Below, piece by piece: positions 1-8,371 of a DNA stretch of 37,259 nt (within the stretch, counting starts at the first letter, position 1; every line of letters begins with the position of its first letter). The stretch lies in the NCBI GenBank assembly GCA_002726535.1, contig PBTG01000069.1:1-37259 (forward strand). The letters run 5' to 3'. Below the pieces are notes generated by a model that had not been told where the DNA came from, searched no databases, and saw nothing but the letters and a program-made list of their open reading frames with translations. The translations under genes and the position numbers were made by a program. This DNA is from Myxococcales bacterium. Its GTDB lineage: Bacteria; Myxococcota_A; UBA9042.

Positions 1-2160
1 TCGTCGGCGCAAGACTCGACGACGACAAGGGCGCCTCCTCAGGCTCAGCCTACGTCTTTGAGCGTCAGGTCAACGGCATCTGGACGCAGGCGGCGAAGCT
101 GGTGGCGAAGGATGGCGCGGCTTCTGACTACTTCGGCTATTCGGTGGCCATCAGCGGGAAGCGGGTGGTTGTCGGCGCATACGGAGACGACGACAAAGGC
201 GCCTCCTTAGGCTCAGCATACGTCTATGAGCGCCAGGCCAACGGGACCTGGACTCAAGCGACGAAGCTGGTGGCGAAGAACGGCGCGGCTGGTGACGACT
301 TCGGCCGGTCGGTAGCCATCTCTGGAGACCGCATTGTCGTCGGCGCATACGGAGACGACGACAAGGGTAGTAACTCTGGCTCAGCGTATGTCTACGAGCG
401 TCAGAAAGACGGGACTTGGTCTCAGGTGTCGAAGTTGGTTGCCAAAGACGGCGCGGCCAATGACCGATTTGGCGCGTCTGTTTCCATCAGTAGCGACCGT
501 GCGCTCGTTGGGACTTGGGGCGACGACGACAAGGGCAACGCCTCAGGCTCAGCCTACGTCTATGAACGTCAGGTCGACGGGACCTGGACTCAGGCGGCAA
601 AGCTGGTGGCGAAGGATGGTGCGGCTAGTGACAACTTCGGCGTGTCGGTGGCCATCAGCGGCGAGCGAGTGGTCGTCAGCGCACCCTACGACGACGACAA
701 GGGCAACGCCTCAGGCTCAGCCTATGCCTTCGAAATGGACTCCTTCGCCTGCGAGGCGGCGGACACGTGCTCGTGCAAGCCGGGCTTCACAGGCAAAAAC
801 TGTGACGTGTTCGATTGCGCCGGGACCAAGTGTGATGACGGCAACCCATGCACGACTGACAGCTGCGACAAGGTCAAGGGCTGCCAGACAACAGCGGTGA
901 AGGACCAAACGAGCTGCAGTCAGGATGGCAGCAAGTTGTGCATCGCCGCAAAGTGCATCACCGTCACGCAGTGCCCCAAGACGTGCTCGAGCTTAGGCAC
1001 CAAGCAGTCCTATGCGCAAGCTGCGAAGTTGCTGGCCAAAGACGGCGCGGCTAGTGACCGCTTCGGCGCGTCGGTGGCCATCAGCGGAGACCGCATGGTC
1101 GTCAGCGCACCCTACGACGACGACAAGGGCAACGCCTCAGGCTCTGCGTACGTCTATGAGCGACAGAAAGACGGCTCCTGGGCACAGGCGGCGAAGCTGC
1201 TGGCGAAGGACGGCGCGGAGAAGGACAACTTCGGCTTTTCGGTGGCCATCAGCGGAGACCGCATCGTCGTCGGCGCAAGACTCGACGACGACAAGGGCTC
1301 TAGCTCAGGCTCTGCCTACGTCTATGAGCGACAGGCCAATGGCACTTGGACCCAGGCGGCGAAGTTGCGGGCGAAGGACGGCGCGGCTAATGACTTCTTC
1401 GGCTATTCGGTGGCCATCAGCGGAGACCGCCTGGTTGTCGGTGCAAACGGAGACGACGACAAGGGCATTGGCTCAGGCTCAGCCTACGTCTATGAGCTAC
1501 AGGCCAAGGGCGCTTGGACCCAGACGGCGAAGCTGCTGGCGAAGGACGGCGCAGCTTCTGACGTCTTCGGCCAGGCAGTGGCCATCAGCGGCAGCCGGGT
1601 GGTCGTCGGTGCAAACGGAGACGACGACAAGGGCTCAAACTCAGGCTCTGCCTACGTCTATGAGCGACAGGATAGCGGCATCTGGACCCAGGCGGCGAAG
1701 CTGGTGGCGAAGGACGGCGCGGCTTCTGACTACTTCGGCCGGTCGGTGGCCATCAGCGGAGACCGCGTGGTTGCCGGCGCACGCTATGACGACGACAAGG
1801 GGTTCAACTCAGGCTCTGCCTACGTCTATGAGCGACAGAAAAACGGCTCCTGGACCCAGGCAGCGAAGCTGCTGGCGAAGGACGGCGCGGCTTCTGACTA
1901 CTTCGGCTATTCGGTGTCTATCAGCGGAGGCCGCATCGTCGTCGGCGCATACCTAGACGACGACAAGGGCTCAAACTCAGGCTCTGCCTACGTCTTTGAG
2001 CGTCAGGATAGCGGCATCTGGACGCAGGCAGCGAAGCTGGTGGCGAAGGATGGCGCGGCTTCTGACTACTTCGGCCAGTCGGTGGCCATCAGCGGTGACC
2101 GCGTGGTTGTCGGCGCAACAGCAGATGACGACAAGGGCTCAAGCTCAGGCTCTGCGTACC
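1..2160 (+). repeat. Intragenic tandem coding repeats, 168-171 bp period (FG-GAP blades), some copies near-identical at DNA level
   Basis: Nt 1-32 are identical to nt 1267-1298. Nt about 38-137 match nt about 1978-2077 with only about 6 mismatches. The same core (tcgtcggcgca...gacgacgacaagggc) recurs at 169, 337, 1435 and elsewhere. Confidence 0.9.
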
Positions 2161-2255
2161 CCTTTGACATCAATCCTATCTGCACGAATAGCACCACCTG
2201 TGCGTGCAAAACTGGCTACGCCGGCACGGACTGCGGCGTGGTTGTCAAACCCTAA
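1..2255 (+). CDS. FG-GAP (integrin-alpha-like beta-propeller) repeat protein with EGF-like/CTDC Cys-rich insert; 5' end lies outside the window
   Basis: The frame is open from the left edge (first full codon at nt 3); the track's M at 102 is an internal GTG. A 56-57 aa unit repeats: AKLVAKDGAASDYFGYSVAISGDRVVVGAxxDDDKGSNSGSAYVYERQxDGTWTQ, showing the FG...GA[PY] blade signature. There are at least 5 blades before and exactly 7 after a Cys-rich insert (nt 750-986: CSCKPGFTGKNC plus CDDGNPCTTDSCDKVKGC). The C-terminus has CTNSTTCACKTGYAGTDC. Stop TAA at 2253-2255. Confidence 0.88.
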   Translation, partial: VGARLDDDKGASSGSAYVFERQVNGIWTQAAKLVAKDGAASDYFGYSVAISGKRVVVGAYGDDDKGASLGSAYVYERQANGTWTQATKLVAKNGAAGDDFGRSVAISGDRIVVGAYGDDDKGSNSGSAYVYERQKDGTWSQVSKLVAKDGAANDRFGASVSISSDRALVGTWGDDDKGNASGSAYVYERQVDGTWTQAAKLVAKDGAASDNFGVSVAISGERVVVSAPYDDDKGNASGSAYAFEMDSFACEAADTCSCKPGFTGKNCDVFDCAGTKCDDGNPCTTDSCDKVKGCQTTAVKDQTSCSQDGSKLCIAAKCITVTQCPKTCSSLGTKQSYAQAAKLLAKDGAASDRFGASVAISGDRMVVSAPYDDDKGNASGSAYVYERQKDGSWAQAAKLLAKDGAEKDNFGFSVAISGDRIVVGARLDDDKGSSSGSAYVYERQANGTWTQAAKLRAKDGAANDFFGYSVAISGDRLVVGANGDDDKGIGSGSAYVYELQAKGAWTQTAKLLAKDGAASDVFGQAVAISGSRVVVGANGDDDKGSNSGSAYVYERQDSGIWTQAAKLVAKDGAASDYFGRSVAISGDRVVAGARYDDDKGFNSGSAYVYERQKNGSWTQAAKLLAKDGAASDYFGYSVSISGGRIVVGAYLDDDKGSNSGSAYVFERQDSGIWTQAAKLVAKDGAASDYFGQSVAISGDRVVVGATADDDKGSSSGSAYPFDINPICTNSTTCACKTGYAGTDCGVVVKP

Positions 2256-2399
2256 GGGGAGCGAGGAGACAATGGGTTGGAGAGCTTTGGCGATGGCTGT
2301 CTCTTAGTAGCCAGCCCCTGCTGTAGCAGCCGCTGTGAGGGTTGCGCTATGCTGGGTCTATACACAGCCCACTCTCCCCCCAACTCATGGAGGTCTAGG

Positions 2400-2708
2400 A
2401 TGCGAATTTGTGGATGGATCGCGCTCATGGCGCTGGTGTTGCTGCCCATGGCGCCTGAGCCCGCCGCGGCGCGAAGCGCTCACGTGATGGCACCTGTCGC
2501 CAGCAGCTCGTACTGCTACAGAATCCGTGACCGCGACGAGAAGCACTACTGCCTCGCTCGAGCTAAAAAACAGTCGAGTTACTGCTACAGCATCCGCAAT
2601 CGAGACAAGAAGAACTTCTGCCTCGCCGAGGTCAAAGGCCAGCGCAGCTACTGCTACAGCATCCGCAATCGAGATCAGAAAAACGCCTGCCTCGCGCGGG
2701 TTCGCTAA
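2400..2708 (+). CDS. Small secreted basic protein (102 aa) with 3 tandem 23-aa Cys-pair repeats; family not recognised
   Basis: The track ORF is 2277-2708. I prefer ATG 2400, which has GGAGG at 2389-2393 (6-nt spacer) and starts a signal-peptide-like MRICGWIALMALVLLPMAPEPAAA. The repeats are SYCYRIRDRDEKHYCLARAKKQS / SYCYSIRNRDKKNFCLAEVKGQR / SYCYSIRNRDQKNACLARVR. Confidence 0.65.
   Translation: MRICGWIALMALVLLPMAPEPAAARSAHVMAPVASSSYCYRIRDRDEKHYCLARAKKQSSYCYSIRNRDKKNFCLAEVKGQRSYCYSIRNRDQKNACLARVR
2508..2705 (+). repeat. Three tandem 69-bp coding repeats (last copy truncated)
   Basis: agttactgctacagcatccgcaatcgagacaagaagaacttctgcctcgcc and agctactgctacagcatccgcaatcgagatcagaaaaacgcctgcctcgcg are near-identical. 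The first copy is more diverged. Confidence 0.85.
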
Positions 2709-2710
2709 AA

Positions 2711-3193
2711 ATGCAAAACACGGCGATTGAGCCCGAATTGAGACGCAAACGCACACGATACGCCAGCGCCGCGACGCTGGTGTCGATGCTCTTAATCTTA
2801 GACCTGGTGGCCGATCTGCTCTGTATCCGGGTGCCGCTGCTCTTGTATCTCATCGCCGGCGCCATCGGCTTTGGCCTCGGTGGCCCTTTGGCCACATGGG
2901 TCCATGGGCGGCGCTGGTTTTGGCGGGTTGTCAGGTGGGGCGCCATCGGCGTCATGGGACTCGGTCTGCTCTGTGCAGGGGCTTTGACTGCGAACTATCC
3001 GGCGTCGAACTCCAAATGCGGCTGGCGCAGCTGCGGCCGTGTGCTCGGGCCCGGACTGCTGGTCTCGCCCTTTCCTGCGCCGCCGATCACCTGTCAGTTG
3101 CTCAGCGTCTGCGCAAACGAATATCCCCACTCGCGCGCGGGCTACCAAGAGCTGTTGAAGATCATCAAAAACCAGGGCTGCCCACCACCATGA
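2711..3193 (+). CDS. Hypothetical integral membrane protein (about 3 hydrophobic helices, Cys-containing C-terminal tail)
   Basis: ATG lies 2 nt after the stop of the preceding ORF, and its stop overlaps the next start (ATGA at 3190-3193). Hydrophobic segments are LVSMLLILDLVADLL, LLLYLIAGAIGFGLGGPLA and WGAIGVMGLGLLCAGAL. Third-position G/C bias looks coding. No family recognised. Confidence 0.55.
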   Translation: MQNTAIEPELRRKRTRYASAATLVSMLLILDLVADLLCIRVPLLLYLIAGAIGFGLGGPLATWVHGRRWFWRVVRWGAIGVMGLGLLCAGALTANYPASNSKCGWRSCGRVLGPGLLVSPFPAPPITCQLLSVCANEYPHSRAGYQELLKIIKNQGCPPP

Positions 3194-4302
3194 CCGACCG
3201 CCTGCTACTCCCCATGCGCTTTGCCAACGGCACCGTGGCGCCCAACCGCGTCTGGGTGGCGCCGATGACCAACAAGCAAAGCCACGAAGACGGTCGGCTC
3301 TCCGATGCGGAGCTCATCTGGCTGGAGCGACGCGCTCGAGGGGGCTTTGGCGTCATCGAGTCCTGCGCGACCCACGTGACCGAATCCGGCCAAGGTTGGC
3401 CTGGGCAATGGGGCATTTACAGTGACCTGCACACGCCGGGTTGGCGACGAGCGGCCGAGCGCATGCAAAGCCATGGCTCGATGCTCTTCGCCCAGCTCTT
3501 TCACGGTGGAGAGCGCGCCCATCGCGCCCAAGGGCGCGCTATCGTCAGTTGCGTGAGTTCTGGCACGCCTGGGAGGGACGACGAGGTGCGCCAGCTCACC
3601 CCAGCGCAGATTGAAGCGCTCATCGAAGCCTTCGCTGACGCCGCCTGTCGGGCTGCAGATGCCGGACTCGACGGGGTGGAGCTTCACGGCGCCCATGGAT
3701 ACCTACTCTGCCAATTCTTGCGTGCCGATCTAAACACCCGCACCGACGGGTGGGGCGGCGATCTGCCTGGACGGGCGCGGCTGCTGCGCCGGGTGATGCA
3801 GACGATCCGTCAACAGGTGCCGGCGTCTTTTGTGGTCGGCGTGAGGCTCTCGGCTGAAAACGGCACCTTTCTGACCGGACTCGACCTCGATGAGAGCCTG
3901 CAGACCGCCCAGTGGCTCTGCGATGATGGCGCTGATTTTATCCACGTCTCGTTATGGGACGCGCATCTAAACTGCAGCAAGCGAGCTGATGTCCACCCAG
4001 CACGGGTCTTTCGCGACGCCTTGCCCGAGGCGGTGCCCGTGATCACCGCTGGGCAAATCTGGACCCGAGCCCACGCCCATCAGCAACTCGACCACGGCGC
4101 AGATGCGGTCGCCCTGGGGCGCGCCGCCATCACGACGCCAAATTGGCCCCAGCAGGTGGTCCGCGACGGCAAAGAGCCCTTGATGCCACCGGTCAGCGCT
4201 CAGCAGCTGCGCGACCGAGACCTGAGCGAGACCTTCGTGACCTACATGAAGCGCTGGCCAGGCTTTGTGCACACCGACGACGGCGGCAGGCCAGCCAAAT
4301 AG
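3190..4302 (+). CDS. NADH:flavin oxidoreductase, Old Yellow Enzyme (OYE) family
   Basis: The track ORF 2896-4302 has a non-protein-like N-terminal extension. I start at ATG 3190 (MTDRLLLPMRFANGTVAPNRVWVAPMT...). OYE-type motifs are VAPMT, FAQLFHGG and GVELHGAHGYLLCQFL. Confidence 0.88.
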   Translation: MTDRLLLPMRFANGTVAPNRVWVAPMTNKQSHEDGRLSDAELIWLERRARGGFGVIESCATHVTESGQGWPGQWGIYSDLHTPGWRRAAERMQSHGSMLFAQLFHGGERAHRAQGRAIVSCVSSGTPGRDDEVRQLTPAQIEALIEAFADAACRAADAGLDGVELHGAHGYLLCQFLRADLNTRTDGWGGDLPGRARLLRRVMQTIRQQVPASFVVGVRLSAENGTFLTGLDLDESLQTAQWLCDDGADFIHVSLWDAHLNCSKRADVHPARVFRDALPEAVPVITAGQIWTRAHAHQQLDHGADAVALGRAAITTPNWPQQVVRDGKEPLMPPVSAQQLRDRDLSETFVTYMKRWPGFVHTDDGGRPAK

Positions 4303-4346
4303 CCAGCCCCGTCCGCACTCAGGTTTCGATACGCCCGAGGGCGATA

Positions 4347-7300
4347 TCAAGGCCCGCAAGCCGGCGTACAGACCTTCAAGCCAGCGATGGGCTTGGCGTC
4401 ATCGTCCGATGCAGTCAAACAGAGCTTACCGCCGTCAGTGCCCACACATTGAGCGTCGCTTTGGCACGTAGGCGCGCAAATCTTCTTCGCCAAGGTCCCC
4501 GCACCACCGGTGTTGGTGCAAGCGTAGTTGCCAGCGCAGTCGTTGTCGTTGTCGCAAGGGATGCAACTCTTGGCCTTCATGCACAAGGGCATTACAGCGG
4601 CGTTGAGCGGATTGGCTCGCTCGAGCACTTGGTAGCTTTGGTTGCAGAGCATGCCGTCTTGATTGCCGCAATCGGTGTTGCTGTTACACACCCGGCTGCA
4701 GTAGCCCTTGCCGGTGGTGGTGTCTGCTAAGCAGTAGCCATCGGCGCATTGCAAAATAGAGCTTTGCAGGTTGCATTGGGCGCCCACGGGCAAACTCGGC
4801 GGCTGGGCATTTGCGTTGCCATTGTACACACACAAATGCTCGACCTTCGAGGGTTGGTCGGCGCTCATGCTGATTCCATAACCGATGCAGGCCTGATCAC
4901 TCTGAGGGCAGAGTTTGCTCGCCGAGCAGTCCGTCATCAGGCTCTTGGCGTTGACGGGGTAACACGCCGGTACGTAATGGTCGTCGCTCTCATCGACCGT
5001 CGTGTTCCAGTACAGCCGTAGTGATCTGCAGACCGACTTGTACGATGTGTTGTACAGCGACACGGTCGAGGGACAGTCGCTAGCCGAGGCGCACAACTCC
5101 AGGCAAAACCCCGGTTGAGATTGCCCAAATGAAGAGACAGTGTTGGTGCAATACGAACTGTTGCAGAGTTTTTGCAAGCCTTTGCCGGTCGAGGCGATGC
5201 CACATGTGGCCCCGTAATCCCCTTTGTCAGCGACCTTGTCCACGCAGCGGCCCGTAGCCGAGTAGGTTTGGGGACTGTTCGGTGGGCTCAGGCCGATCAA
5301 CACTTTGCAGTGTTTTCCGAACCCACACTCTTTTGTGCTGACGCAAGATTTGCCGATTCCTTTGGTGCTGGTGCACGCCCCATAGGGCAACGACAGGTCG
5401 GCTTTTCCATCAAGGGGTGAGCTTAGGTCATAGGTCGCCTCTCGGATGGAGCACTTCGAGTTCGCCGGACAGTCTTGGTCGAGCACACACAGGCCAGAGC
5501 AATAGCCGTTGATGCACATCGCCGGATTCGAGCAAGGCTTCAATGTGGTGTCTGTATCGTTGGTAAATGGGTCGCAAGCTTGACCTTGAGCGACGCCGTT
5601 GCCGACTTTGTTGGTGCACAGGTTCTTCCAGCCCGGCAAGACAACCTTATTGGGATTTTGTGGATCGAGGTCACCGGTGACTTTGGACACGCCGTTGTAA
5701 TAAAGCGTGCACGCCTTGGTTTTGTCCAAGCAATCCGCATTGCTCTTGCAGCCTCCCTTGGGCAAGCAAACGCTGTATTTGGTCGCACTCGTGCTGGAGA
5801 TTTGAACCTTGTCACACGCCCATTTTGAGCAATCCACATCCGAAGTGCATAGATCGCCATTTGGGCATTTTCCCTGCTGGCAGGCGCCGATTTGGGTGAT
5901 GCAGTCGGCATCTTTGGCGCAAAAGGCCGAGCACCCAATGGTAAAGCACATATCGTTTTGACAGATATTGGGCTTGTTCAGGGTCACACTGTCTTGGCAC
6001 TGCTCGGAGAGCTTGCCTGAGGTGGCCGCATTTGGATTGGTCGACTTGGGACCACAGCGAGCCTGCACGTCGCCAAAGATCTGATATTGCCGACAGACTT
6101 CTGACGCGCCGCAATCGCCATTGTTGCTACAGGGCTTCCATGAGCCAGCAGGCATGCAGACTGAGGTCGCCTGAACCAAGGATTTCGACGAATCTTGGAC
6201 GCAAGCGTAGTTGCTGCCGTGAATCGCCAAGCTTGACTTCGAAGCGTTGGCGCATTGGCTCAAAGCCGCGCTGTCTTCGATCCCATCAGCACCCGCGGCC
6301 CCAGTGACATTGTTTTTCGTATCTTTGGTTGGCGTACAGAGCTTTGTACATACGCTGTAAAAACACAGATTGGTCTTACACTGCGCGTTGGTGCATTGCC
6401 GATACGCCTGTGCCTTTGGGTCTGACGAGGGCGTTCCCGTCGGTGGTGGCTGGCAGGTCGGTGTCGGACCGCAGTACTCACCGAGCGATTTGAGGTTGGA
6501 GCCGGTCGTGCAATTGTTGTTGACGCACAAACCATTGGCTGGGCAGGAACCACAACTCTTGGTGCAGCCGCTAACTGGGCCACACTCAACATTGTTGCAA
6601 TTGCAGACTGGCGAGCCAACCAAATTCGCTGAGAGGGTCTGCAAAGCGAAGGCCGCCGAGATCGCATCGGGCTTTTGATCGCCATCGGTGTCGACATCTG
6701 GCTGCAGTGTATTGAACACCAAGGTCTTAAGTTTCGGTTTGTCCAGTCCCAGTGCCTTGAAGGGCGCGTCAGGGGCGGCGTCAATCGCTGTCTCAATCGA
6801 TTTGGGCGTGATGACCCCGCAGAGCAGGCCTTTGGTGGTGGTCTTCCAAGCGCTGGCGTCGGTGACTTGACCGGTCAATGCCACTTGGCTGAACGCCAAA
6901 TCTTTCAGAAGCAGATTGGCCAGCAACGCAAACTTCAATCGGAGGGTGCCTGACGCAGGTGTCTTGCCCGCCAATGACGACCCCTTAATCACCGTCGGAT
7001 TCAGAACCGACCGAGCAGGACACACTCCCGCCGCAGCGGGGCCAAAGCTCGATGGATCAACGGTGTATTGGCAAGATCCGGCTACATCGGTCTTACAGCC
7101 CTGGGAATTCGGGGCCAAGGCGCCATCGAGGAGCCAGGTTTCAAAAGAGGCGCCCGATGTGTCCCATTTTGAAGCCCGCAACAACATCACCAACTCGCCT
7201 TTGCTGATGGCACTCTGAAAGGATCCATTGATTGTCGAGGATAGAGTCAGGAGCTTGCCGAGGATATTGTCTGCTTTGGCGTCGCCATTCAGATCACAAC

Positions 7301-8183
7301 CTTCGCCGTCTTTGAGTAGAGCAAATTGACTGACTGCAGCCCATGAGCCACTTTTCGCCAACTCCTCAGTGGTGGGCACTTTGCACCCATTGACGACACA
7401 TTTGTTGGTCTTGAACTCGCAAAACTGTCCCTTTGGACAAGCGCCCCCGCAAGGAGTCGGCGCCACATCTGGGCCCGCATCGGCGACGCCAGTGTCAGCT
7501 GGTCCCGCGTCCGTTGGGCCCGTGTCAGCAGGGCCACTGTCCTGAACGCCGGTGTCAGCCGGACCTGTGTCCTGAACACCGGTGTCAGCCGGACCTGTGT
7601 CCTGAACACCAGTGTCAGCAGGACCACTGTCCTGAACGCCGGTGTCGACGACGCCCGTATCGTTGATGCTCGTGTCGAGCGGCGGTTGAGCGCTGTCTGG
7701 CGCCGTATCCAACAAAGAGCCCGTGTCTGTGCTTGAAGTGTCCTGTGCTGACGTGTCGCCACCAGCAATGTCCTCGACGAGGATGTCTGAGGGTTGAGCG
7801 ATGTCGGTAGGGTCAAGCGCGTCGGTAGGGTCAATGACATCGGCCGCGCTTGCTGCGTCTTCGGCAGTCGCGCTGGTGTCCGATGTCGACCCACTGTCAG
7901 TCGACTGCGTCGCGTCGTCCCCTGTGATGTCAGCTGAGCTCGTATCGACCGCCACGGTCGTGTCCGCTTCGCTCGCGTCCGTTAGAGCGGCGTCAGCGAC
8001 CTGACATTCACAGGGGCTGTAGGTGCCATCTGCTTGGCACACCTGAACACCACTCGCTGTACCACCAGGGCAGGCGCAAGAGACGCTGGCGTTGACAACG
8101 CAAGGAGCCGACTCAGGGGTCTCGCCGCCGCACGCTGCGAGCATGGCAAAGAGGGTGAGATAGATAATAGAAGTCTGTTTCAT
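4347..8183 (-). CDS. Giant Cys-rich secreted lipoprotein (1278 aa) with long acidic D/T/S linker
   Basis: I start at ATG 8183 (MKQTSIIYLTLFAMLAAC; lipobox LAAC). The track's extension to 8306 is not protein-like. Residues about 62-243 are D/T/S/A/G/P-rich with no K/R/H and contain DTGVQD[ST]GPA decapeptide repeats. A unique middle domain follows, then about 700 aa of C-x3-DC-type modules such as CKSNADCLDKTKAC, CNSNTDCGNQDGMLC and CDNDNDCAGNYAC. Confidence 0.88.
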   Translation of the reverse strand: MKQTSIIYLTLFAMLAACGGETPESAPCVVNASVSCACPGGTASGVQVCQADGTYSPCECQVADAALTDASEADTTVAVDTSSADITGDDATQSTDSGSTSDTSATAEDAASAADVIDPTDALDPTDIAQPSDILVEDIAGGDTSAQDTSSTDTGSLLDTAPDSAQPPLDTSINDTGVVDTGVQDSGPADTGVQDTGPADTGVQDTGPADTGVQDSGPADTGPTDAGPADTGVADAGPDVAPTPCGGACPKGQFCEFKTNKCVVNGCKVPTTEELAKSGSWAAVSQFALLKDGEGCDLNGDAKADNILGKLLTLSSTINGSFQSAISKGELVMLLRASKWDTSGASFETWLLDGALAPNSQGCKTDVAGSCQYTVDPSSFGPAAAGVCPARSVLNPTVIKGSSLAGKTPASGTLRLKFALLANLLLKDLAFSQVALTGQVTDASAWKTTTKGLLCGVITPKSIETAIDAAPDAPFKALGLDKPKLKTLVFNTLQPDVDTDGDQKPDAISAAFALQTLSANLVGSPVCNCNNVECGPVSGCTKSCGSCPANGLCVNNNCTTGSNLKSLGEYCGPTPTCQPPPTGTPSSDPKAQAYRQCTNAQCKTNLCFYSVCTKLCTPTKDTKNNVTGAAGADGIEDSAALSQCANASKSSLAIHGSNYACVQDSSKSLVQATSVCMPAGSWKPCSNNGDCGASEVCRQYQIFGDVQARCGPKSTNPNAATSGKLSEQCQDSVTLNKPNICQNDMCFTIGCSAFCAKDADCITQIGACQQGKCPNGDLCTSDVDCSKWACDKVQISSTSATKYSVCLPKGGCKSNADCLDKTKACTLYYNGVSKVTGDLDPQNPNKVVLPGWKNLCTNKVGNGVAQGQACDPFTNDTDTTLKPCSNPAMCINGYCSGLCVLDQDCPANSKCSIREATYDLSSPLDGKADLSLPYGACTSTKGIGKSCVSTKECGFGKHCKVLIGLSPPNSPQTYSATGRCVDKVADKGDYGATCGIASTGKGLQKLCNSSYCTNTVSSFGQSQPGFCLELCASASDCPSTVSLYNTSYKSVCRSLRLYWNTTVDESDDHYVPACYPVNAKSLMTDCSASKLCPQSDQACIGYGISMSADQPSKVEHLCVYNGNANAQPPSLPVGAQCNLQSSILQCADGYCLADTTTGKGYCSRVCNSNTDCGNQDGMLCNQSYQVLERANPLNAAVMPLCMKAKSCIPCDNDNDCAGNYACTNTGGAGTLAKKICAPTCQSDAQCVGTDGGKLCLTASDDDAKPIAGLKVCTPACGP
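7491..7646 (-). repeat. 30-bp tandem coding repeat (about 5 copies; two are perfect) encoding DTGVQD[ST]GPA
   Basis: The plus-strand unit ggtgtcagccggacctgtgtcctgaacacc is identical at 7551-7580 and 7581-7610. Flanking units at 7521-7550 and 7611-7640 differ at a few positions. Confidence 0.9.
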
Positions 8184-8371
8184 GGCGTCACACTGTCCTG
8201 TCGGCGAAACCGGTGGCTTGCTCTGGCTCAAGTGGCTGTAAATGTGCTGACCAGATTGTACGAATCGAACGCAGACGCGGCAAGCCTCTTCTTCGCTTGA
8301 TCTCATCGAACGCGGACTTCACTAACTACATCGAATCGTGCCCAAGTAGAGCGCCGCCAAAGGGTCTAAGC

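Noticed and set aside
98-2043. Five plus-strand copies of the E. coli Chi octamer GCTGGTGG (98-105, 266-273, 602-609, 1700-1707, 2036-2043), in a window that also encodes RecBCD.
   Set aside because: Every copy is the codon string for K-L-V-A(K) inside the FG-GAP blade repeat, so the enrichment is a by-product of the protein repeat. Chi sequences are taxon-specific, and there is no reason to assume the E. coli octamer applies here.
334-2307. Long alternative-frame ORFs inside the FG-GAP gene (334-900, 1012-1956, 1996-2307), rich in R/S/T/A.
   Set aside because: They are shadow ORFs created by the periodic, stop-poor repeat DNA. Their translations are low-complexity and lack any motif, whereas the frame-3 product is a clean FG-GAP protein.
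2277-2399. N-terminal extensions offered by the ORF track: 2277-2399, 2896-3189, 8184-8306, 12976-13185, 20163-20195, 23633-23737, 36776-36838.
   Set aside because: In each case an internal start gives a canonical N-terminus (signal peptide, lipobox, or family-typical first residues). It also usually has an upstream GGAG-type RBS or an ATGA overlap. The extensions overlap the neighbouring gene or look non-protein-like.
4303-4346. Possible bidirectional terminator between the convergent OYE and Cys-rich lipoprotein genes (cgccc-ga-gggcg).
   Set aside because: The stem is only 5 bp, the 2-nt loop is sterically implausible, and there is no U-tract.
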